In this document: positions 57,565-64,000 of the stretch, piece by piece
Numbering within the stretch: the stretch's first letter is position 1
How the letters are laid out: each line of letters opens with the position of its first letter
Source of the DNA: a virus
Lineage: Duplodnaviria; Heunggongvirae; Uroviricota; Caudoviricetes
DNA length: 64,000 bases
IMG/VR virus record: IMGVR_UViG_3300045049_000270
Strand: one strand, 5' to 3'
Program-made: the position numbers and the translations under genes
The notes under the pieces: generated by a model
Seen by the model: the letters and a program-made list of their open reading frames with translations, nothing else
What the model was told of the DNA's origin: nothing
The model's database searches: none

Positions 57565-59660
57565 TGAAGAAGTACGATAACATTGAACAACAAATCACAG
57601 AAGGTTTCTGGGATGCTATTGTCAATAAGGCAAAAGGCATTGGCCTTACCACTAAAGCCGCTTTGGGTAGCAATTACGCAAAGGGACAACTCGATACCCA
57701 CACATTAGCTACCGAACTTTATAACCAATTCAAACAATGGTCTGGTAGAGTAGGTGCAAAAGGTACACGCAATGATGTAGCTGATTTCCTCGTTCACCAA
57801 GTGAATTTGGGGGTAGATTTTGTCAATCAAGAATTGAAAATCAAATATAATGGTTCAGCCCCCGAAATTCAAGGTGCATCACAGCCGCAGCAATCTCAAC
57901 AAAGTGGCGGCAACGATTACGATTCCTTAGTTGGCACAAGCTCAACGGGTGGTACCAATGGCGAAAATGTTTCTACTGAAAAATATGAACCAGCACCAGA
58001 CGAGTTCCAACCAAACTTGTCAAATATTGCTCGCTTCATGAAAACAGCTATTTGGACACAATTCAAAGAACAACGTGATTCTACTGGATATGATCAATCT
58101 ACCGCAGTCCCATTTACAAAAACACCAGACGGCACTTTCATCTTTGCAGATAAAGATGAAGAAGATGAACTCCGTAAGTTAATTCAGGTAGTTAATGTAA
58201 AGCCAGTTGAAACCGCTGATGAGATGAAGCGTGATAATTTCTTCATCACTTGGGAAGACTTCAAGAACAAAGTTCCTGGTGCCAGCCGTATTGGTAAGGA
58301 TACTCCAGAAGAAGCAGATTTATTCCGTCAATCATGTTTCCAAGCTTTAAGCATTTACGGTAAGAATTTTCCGAAGGCGCTACATCGCTTTATTCTGGCT
58401 ATCCCACCTGAGACACCAAACCGTCAAGCAGCAAAGGATAGTTTGGCAATTATTGAAAATAAAGAATTGACCGAAGATGCTGAAGATGCAGCACTTCGTA
58501 AATTGTTCGCTAAAATTGCACAAGATGCTATTCGTTCAGGTGCATTCCGTCATGCTGCTCATAGCTATGCTGACCACTTACGCCAAGGTGGCCGATTCTA
58601 TGGTGACTATCAAGCTGCTCCAGGCCAAGATGCTCCTCAAGAACCACAGCAAGAAGATCTCTTGGCCAAAGCCAAGCAATTGGGTGATTATTTGGGCATC
58701 AAATTAAGTAAATGGGATTTGCGCGCCTTCCGTAACAAGAACAAGCAAATGTTCTATGACTTCATGACTGATTTGAAGAACGAGAACCCAGAGGATTGGG
58801 ACCCCGACTTCATCGAACATTGCAAAGCTATCTTTAATATAAAGGGTGAAATTCCGGGTCCACAAGGTCAAGAACAAGAAAATAACCACCCTGGTATGTC
58901 ACAAATTGGTAAGGGGCAAGCAGCCAATGACGCTGGTCCAGGTCAATTCATCGATATCCGTGGTGAACATATCAAATGGGATGAAAAGGATGGCACATTG
59001 ACTATTGGTACACGAGATGCGCGTAATGGAAATAAAATCATTACTCGGGTTTACGAACCATTAGCGAGTGGTGGTTGGGCAGAGCGTGGTACTGGACGTC
59101 AGTTTTCTGCCCAGAATGGATTTGCTGCTAAGTTGACAGACTTGCAAGATGAATACATGAAGGCAACAGGTATGGATAGACCACAGGATATGCCAAATGC
59201 CGAAGAAACAGATGGAATTCCTGTTGGGGCCAAAGTAAAGGCTAATAATGGTGAATACACCTTTAATGGTTCAGAATGGAAGAATGCTGAAGGTCAAGCA
59301 GTGACATCTGAAAAATCGATTAACTGGTTGAATGATCAATACGAAAAGCAGAAGAATGGTGCCGAGATGCCAATGCAACCTGCTCATGTTGAGCCAAAAC
59401 AAGCAGAACAGCCAAAACAAGCAGAACAACCGCAATCCAATGTGGTTCAGCCAATCAAACCATCTGAACCAGAGCAAGCAGTGAATAATAAACAGGAAGT
59501 CCCAAACAACGCAACGTTTACCATTCCAAACACCAATAGAGTGATACAACGCAAGCCAGATGGTTGGGTTGACAATAAAGGCCAAAAGATCACAAATCCG
59601 TCACAAGTTGAACTTTTTGACCGTGGTTGGATGAAGAAGAATCGTCCTGGTGCTGCGTAA
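57564..59660 (+). CDS. Large putative internal/ejected virion protein
   Basis: TAATG-coupled; QITEGFWD leader; modular with low-complexity linkers. Confidence 0.7.
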   Translation: MKKYDNIEQQITEGFWDAIVNKAKGIGLTTKAALGSNYAKGQLDTHTLATELYNQFKQWSGRVGAKGTRNDVADFLVHQVNLGVDFVNQELKIKYNGSAPEIQGASQPQQSQQSGGNDYDSLVGTSSTGGTNGENVSTEKYEPAPDEFQPNLSNIARFMKTAIWTQFKEQRDSTGYDQSTAVPFTKTPDGTFIFADKDEEDELRKLIQVVNVKPVETADEMKRDNFFITWEDFKNKVPGASRIGKDTPEEADLFRQSCFQALSIYGKNFPKALHRFILAIPPETPNRQAAKDSLAIIENKELTEDAEDAALRKLFAKIAQDAIRSGAFRHAAHSYADHLRQGGRFYGDYQAAPGQDAPQEPQQEDLLAKAKQLGDYLGIKLSKWDLRAFRNKNKQMFYDFMTDLKNENPEDWDPDFIEHCKAIFNIKGEIPGPQGQEQENNHPGMSQIGKGQAANDAGPGQFIDIRGEHIKWDEKDGTLTIGTRDARNGNKIITRVYEPLASGGWAERGTGRQFSAQNGFAAKLTDLQDEYMKATGMDRPQDMPNAEETDGIPVGAKVKANNGEYTFNGSEWKNAEGQAVTSEKSINWLNDQYEKQKNGAEMPMQPAHVEPKQAEQPKQAEQPQSNVVQPIKPSEPEQAVNNKQEVPNNATFTIPNTNRVIQRKPDGWVDNKGQKITNPSQVELFDRGWMKKNRPGAA

Positions 59661-59679
59661 GCAGCAAATGTTGCAAAAC

Positions 59680-59707
59680 ATGGTGAGGAAATCTTCCTCA
59701 CCATTTT
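59680..59707 (+). terminator. Terminator
   Basis: ATGGTGAGGAA/TTCCTCACCAT followed by TTT. Confidence 0.7.
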
Positions 59708-59721
59708 CATGAGTCAACGCC

Positions 59722-59750
59722 TTGCTTGGTTTCAATATTTCGTATAGAGT
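59722..59750 (+). promoter_or_regulatory. Sigma70-like promoter
   Basis: TTGCTT-17 nt-TAGAGT. Confidence 0.5.
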
Positions 59751-59774
59751 GTGCCAAAAACAAATGGCACCTCT

Positions 59775-60779
59775 ATGAGCATACCACATTTTTCCTCACT
59801 TTCAGCCAAACGAAAGCAATTCGTATTTGATCATTTCGATGAATTTCAAGTTCAAGAAAAGATCGACGGCAGCTATCTGAAATTCAAAAACGACACTGGC
59901 TTCTACTGGGCCACGCGTAAGGGAAGCAATTCACCCATCTATAAATCACCAGATGAATGGGGGGCTGATTTTTGGGTTACTGGCTTTCGCGCCGCTCATA
60001 CCGCATTGATTCAATCATTGCCAGCATTTCATGATAATTACTTCAATTGGGGGCCTTTGTATCCATCTGGGGTATTGCTTGAACTTGAAGTTGTATTCGC
60101 CGACACACCTAACACTATCTTTTACTCAGATAAAAACCATCTGATTATCCACACCCCAGTTGGCCAATTTGCTTATGCTTTGACACAAACTGTGACGTTA
60201 TCTGATGTGCCGGTAACAGATGATGGATACACAATTAAACGGATCTCAAAAACGTATGATTTTGAAATCACAAATCTAGCTTATCACGATAATATCACGA
60301 TGCTGGGCTCAGGACTTATTAAACGCGGATTCATTAACAATGTTGATGAACTTGAACAAGGCTTGCTACATCATGTGCAAACTAGTTTGAGTGTTCTATC
60401 TGGAACTGGGGCAGCCAGAATGGAAGGATTGGTTTTCAAACATCAAGATGGTTGGATGTTCAAAATTGTTGATAAACAATGGTTTACTGAAGCCAACAAA
60501 CAGAATTACGCATTCCGTAACACATTGTTCAAGTCACCACGCGGCTTCAGAAATTCGTTGATGGATCGATTTTACGATATGCTGGCAAAAGGTACAGATG
60601 CAAAGATTGCCGCTTCAGAAGCATTGAAACAGCTTGATGTTGAACATCAGCTTTATATGAAATGGGATCATTCTCGACTTGAAGCATTCGTACATAAACG
60701 CAATCTTGAAGCTCTGGCCAGCATCAGAGCACAATTAAACAATATCGCAGTAAATGGCTTACCTAATGAAAGTAACTGA
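59775..60779 (+). CDS. ATP-grasp RNA ligase-like nucleotidyltransferase
   Basis: Motif I EKIDGS, motif III LELE, motif IV EGLVF, motif V FKIVDK. Confidence 0.75.
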   Translation: MSIPHFSSLSAKRKQFVFDHFDEFQVQEKIDGSYLKFKNDTGFYWATRKGSNSPIYKSPDEWGADFWVTGFRAAHTALIQSLPAFHDNYFNWGPLYPSGVLLELEVVFADTPNTIFYSDKNHLIIHTPVGQFAYALTQTVTLSDVPVTDDGYTIKRISKTYDFEITNLAYHDNITMLGSGLIKRGFINNVDELEQGLLHHVQTSLSVLSGTGAARMEGLVFKHQDGWMFKIVDKQWFTEANKQNYAFRNTLFKSPRGFRNSLMDRFYDMLAKGTDAKIAASEALKQLDVEHQLYMKWDHSRLEAFVHKRNLEALASIRAQLNNIAVNGLPNESN

Positions 60780-61086
60780 TTGGTTCAAAAAGAAGATTAA
60801 CGAGAATAAAACCACTGGTAGTTATGTGGTTATTTGTGAAGAAGCAAAGACAGTTTGGCCCTATGTTGAAGTTGCCCCGCAGGCTGGCTACGAGACGTAC
60901 TACGAGCTTCAAGCAGCAATCTTCACACTGAACAAGCAAATAAAGAAAGAATCGGCCATATCGTCATACTACCCAATGGTGATGCCATTACTGAATAATT
61001 TGTATTTCTTCTTCACGACTGAACAAGAGAAACAAGCGGCAATCACATACTTAGAAACCAACAATAACGAATTCAAACTATTATGA
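60766..61086 (+). CDS. Small paralogue, family B (WP subgroup)
   Basis: VTDWF...WPYV...FFFTTEQE. Confidence 0.78.
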   Translation: MKVTDWFKKKINENKTTGSYVVICEEAKTVWPYVEVAPQAGYETYYELQAAIFTLNKQIKKESAISSYYPMVMPLLNNLYFFFTTEQEKQAAITYLETNNNEFKLL

Positions 61087-61415
61087 GTACCAAACCTGAT
61101 CGCCCAAGTATCTTGTCCTGGGTACAGGATCATCAAGATTATGTTACTACTATTGCCATCAGGGAGAACTGGCCATTTGTAGAAATTGATTTATCGGGCC
61201 TATGGCCAGAGTACGGTGTCACCGATCATGAGGCGATTGCGATTATTACTAACCATTTATATGAAATATGTGATAGTGGATGGGATTGGTATTCAAAATG
61301 GCAAGTGAATTCATCCACTACAATCGTCATAGGATTTACTTTTAATACTGATGCGGTGGCATTCAAATTAACTATCAACGATTATTTCCTATCAAAATCA
61401 CGTCGCCATGCATGA
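61083..61415 (+). CDS. Small paralogue, family B (WP subgroup)
   Basis: SILSW...WPFV...IGFTFNTDAVAFKL. Confidence 0.8.
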   Translation: MSTKPDRPSILSWVQDHQDYVTTIAIRENWPFVEIDLSGLWPEYGVTDHEAIAIITNHLYEICDSGWDWYSKWQVNSSTTIVIGFTFNTDAVAFKLTINDYFLSKSRRHA

Positions 61416-61746
61416 CAAAAATATATTTGCCTGGTTTAAAGAACTCGAAGAAAAATTAGGTCAATACAAATATAATCATAACTTCTGCCGAGATGTAATC
61501 AAAGAATGGCCATATATTTCGTTTGAATCGAAAAAGGATTGGACTTTAATGAAACAAGGACAGAATCCAGTATGGTCAGCCGAAGTACGTTCGATCATCA
61601 AAGAGATATGCCCACCCGAAGATTTTATTGTGGTAGCGTACGGTCCACAATTGGTAATTGGCTTTCAGGATGTAACTACTGCGGTCGCCGTCTCAATGCA
61701 GATAAGCAAGAATTCTGATTCGTACATGGTGACCTATGGGTGGTAA
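61408..61746 (+). CDS. Small paralogue, family B (WP subgroup)
   Basis: NIFAW...WPYI...IGFQDVTTAV. Confidence 0.8.
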   Translation: MHDKNIFAWFKELEEKLGQYKYNHNFCRDVIKEWPYISFESKKDWTLMKQGQNPVWSAEVRSIIKEICPPEDFIVVAYGPQLVIGFQDVTTAVAVSMQISKNSDSYMVTYGW

Positions 61747-62080
61747 GTCTATTCAATCATGGTTAAATGACTATAAGACGGATTATGCTCATGGGATTCC
61801 AACTATACAATTTCGAGACCTGGTTGCACAGCTTATGCAAGGCGATTGGCCTCGAATGATTATCGAGGAAACAGACCCCGGAGACCGTGCTTGGCATCAT
61901 ATGCCAAGATGGTGCAATAGTGTTCACGATTGTCTACTAGAAATTTTTGAATCGGATGAAGATTTCTTAGTCGTTTTTCATAGTGGAAAATGCCTAGTGT
62001 TTTTCACCAGTATTAGTGAAGCAGTGCAGGCTAGACTACTAATAACAGCCAATCGAGGGTTTGAGATATCATATGAGTGA
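61736..62080 (+). CDS. Small paralogue, family B (WP subgroup)
   Basis: SIQSW...WPRM...VFFTSISEAVQARL. Confidence 0.8.
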   Translation: MGGKSIQSWLNDYKTDYAHGIPTIQFRDLVAQLMQGDWPRMIIEETDPGDRAWHHMPRWCNSVHDCLLEIFESDEDFLVVFHSGKCLVFFTSISEAVQARLLITANRGFEISYE

Positions 62081-62444
62081 TAAAACGATCGTTGAATGGT
62101 ATAGACAAATCAGATCCTATCTAGAGGAACCAGATGTCGAAAATTACAATTGGGTGACTTTGATTGAACAAAACTGGCCGCATATCAAAATAGTAATTCC
62201 AAAGGCAACAAGTGCTCGTCATCTTGAATATTGGATGTCCAAGTATGCATTTGTGGCGGATGAAGCACTTGGTGGCCCCGGGCATTGGATCTCGGCCGCC
62301 GAGACCTATTTCGGTCGAACAGGTGAAGATTACGGTATAGTCGTTACAATTGGATTTTCCACGATTGTTGACGCAGTAAATGTTAGACTTTTCTTTTCAC
62401 CACTAGAAGAACAGCATATTGTGAGTTTTGGTTATGACAAATGA
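62073..62444 (+). CDS. Small paralogue, family B (WP subgroup)
   Basis: TIVEW...WPHI...IGFSTIVDAVNVRL. Confidence 0.8.
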   Translation: MSDKTIVEWYRQIRSYLEEPDVENYNWVTLIEQNWPHIKIVIPKATSARHLEYWMSKYAFVADEALGGPGHWISAAETYFGRTGEDYGIVVTIGFSTIVDAVNVRLFFSPLEEQHIVSFGYDK

Positions 62445-62829
62445 AACAGTAAGAGAATGGCGAGATCGTAAGAAACTGGAACATACCGGTAGATGGCCTA
62501 TCGCATTTGCTAGGGTGATACCACAGTACTGGCCATACGCCGTCCTGACTTTCTCGAACGAGGATTGTATGAAGCTTGGATTATCTTGTATCAAGTATTA
62601 TTACTATGATCACCCAGAAACCAAAGGAACTTTATGTATGTTGACCCACAAAAAGCTAAAGGAAGCATTGGGTGGATCAGATAAAGATTTTGTGATCTCG
62701 TACAAACAAGGTAAAACTTGTTCTTTCGTGATTGGCTTCACTGACATAACAATTGCCATTCAAGCAATACTATCGTTTGATGCAAGCATCGCTAGTGAAT
62801 TTTCGTTACATAAACCGGAGGAAAAATAA
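62434..62829 (+). CDS. Small paralogue, family B (WP subgroup)
   Basis: TVREW...WPYA...IGFTDITIAIQAIL. Confidence 0.8.
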   Translation: MTNETVREWRDRKKLEHTGRWPIAFARVIPQYWPYAVLTFSNEDCMKLGLSCIKYYYYDHPETKGTLCMLTHKKLKEALGGSDKDFVISYKQGKTCSFVIGFTDITIAIQAILSFDASIASEFSLHKPEEK

Positions 62830-63869
62830 TGGGAGGTCGAGCTTTTGACAATGTCGTACCTGTCCCTCAGGAGACAATTTTCAAGATCTGTGCCTGGGTT
62901 TCGACTCTGTTTGAGCTTCGCGATGAGAGTTACGACCCCACCAAATTTGAGGACTTCTGCCTGGGTTTGATGTCGTCCATGAAGGGCTTTAGCCCTGACA
63001 CGATTGGCTACCTCCATGAATTATTCGTGAAGAATGGTTTAAGGACATTGGGGTCTACTGGGAAGAAGTTGTATTGTGGTGATGTGGATATTGGTGTATC
63101 TGATGCTGAGTGGACTTATAGCTCCTTAGTGGATTTTCTGACTATTAGATTTGGTAGTGACAATATCAAGACCAATGAGAGTTTGAATCAGATTTATACT
63201 CGGGTGTATGTTCCTAGTAGTGGATGGCACCAGGTTGATTATATGTTGGGTGATGTTCGGTTATTGGAGTTTACTCATTGGAGTCCTGCTCCTGATACGT
63301 CATTGTATTCGGGTAGTCATCGTACTGAATTGATTAAGGCTGTGGCGAAGGCCTTATCGTCGTGGACGTGGGTGATGCCATCTGATTGTGCCTATAATAA
63401 TGGTGAGATGATTGCTCGTATTGGTTATACTTTGAACCATGATCGGGGATTAGTTCATGGTGCTCGGTATGCACCAGCAAGAATTGATGGACGTGGATAC
63501 ACTAAGAAAATGGTTCCGGTCACTGCTGCCAATATTGTCGCTTGTATGAGGCAGGTAAGTGATGCTCATAGTTGTAATTATTTGAGTGAAGTGGAGATGT
63601 TGTCATTTTTCCGCCATAGTGTAGATGAGATATTGACGAAAACCTCTGTGGATCCTGTATTCATTAGTCAGCAATTATTTGGTATTGGGGTGATGCCGGA
63701 GTCACTAAATAGTTACGAGCAAGTAGTTGAAGCCATTATGGCCAACTCTGAACTATGTAACCTACGTGACCTGATATGGCAGTTGTATGTTGAGCGACTG
63801 ATGCAGATAGGTCAGCCTATTCCATCGCCGGGACTCAATGACCTATTCATTTTTCACCGAGTTAACTGA
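62829..63869 (+). CDS. Pol-beta superfamily nucleotidyltransferase
   Basis: MGGxAF N-terminus, LGSTGKK...GDVD (GS...DxD) and QVD third aspartate. Confidence 0.75.
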   Translation: MGGRAFDNVVPVPQETIFKICAWVSTLFELRDESYDPTKFEDFCLGLMSSMKGFSPDTIGYLHELFVKNGLRTLGSTGKKLYCGDVDIGVSDAEWTYSSLVDFLTIRFGSDNIKTNESLNQIYTRVYVPSSGWHQVDYMLGDVRLLEFTHWSPAPDTSLYSGSHRTELIKAVAKALSSWTWVMPSDCAYNNGEMIARIGYTLNHDRGLVHGARYAPARIDGRGYTKKMVPVTAANIVACMRQVSDAHSCNYLSEVEMLSFFRHSVDEILTKTSVDPVFISQQLFGIGVMPESLNSYEQVVEAIMANSELCNLRDLIWQLYVERLMQIGQPIPSPGLNDLFIFHRVN

Positions 63870-64000
63870 AAGTAAGTTAATTCCTAGTTATTGGCATGTA
63901 AGCCAATATAGTGCTGAGGATATTGGAAATCTTATCTATTTGTATTGTATGGGGTTGCATGTTCTTGCGACCAACCCTATCACTGCACAATATGCCTCTG

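Noticed and set aside
59392-59432. Short tandem repeat encoding PKQAEQ twice
   Set aside because: Ordinary low-complexity linker duplication

Overview
This window is part of a large, AT-rich (roughly 40% GC by eye) T4-superfamily myophage genome. Its gene content and order resemble Rak2/GAP32-type jumbo phages; that is my recognition, not a database result. It holds head genes (portal, protease, scaffold, major capsid), neck/tail genes (gp13/14/15/18/19-like, tape measure, chaperone), packaging genes (small and large terminase, gp4), and recombination/replication genes (gp46, resolvase, gp32, UvsX/Y/W, primase, helicase, a 196-aa mini-DnaE). Structural genes follow ATAAATA late-promoter motifs, and accessory blocks follow sigma70-like promoters. 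The most notable observations are: (1) a divergently arranged array of 16 small paralogues that share almost only a C-terminal motif; (2) a second paralogue family, including a 6-gene array between an ATP-grasp ligase-like gene and a nucleotidyltransferase gene; (3) a roughly 235-nt highly structured candidate ncRNA with its own promoter and terminator; (4) a T TTT TTC -1 frameshift that would fuse the gp26-like and gp51-like ORFs; (5) a 1221-aa repeat protein that looks like a protease-processed internal-head polyprotein; (6) a gp32 leader with repeated AGGCAA motifs; and (7) an intergenic region with iteron-like repeats. I found no tRNA, rRNA or CRISPR array.
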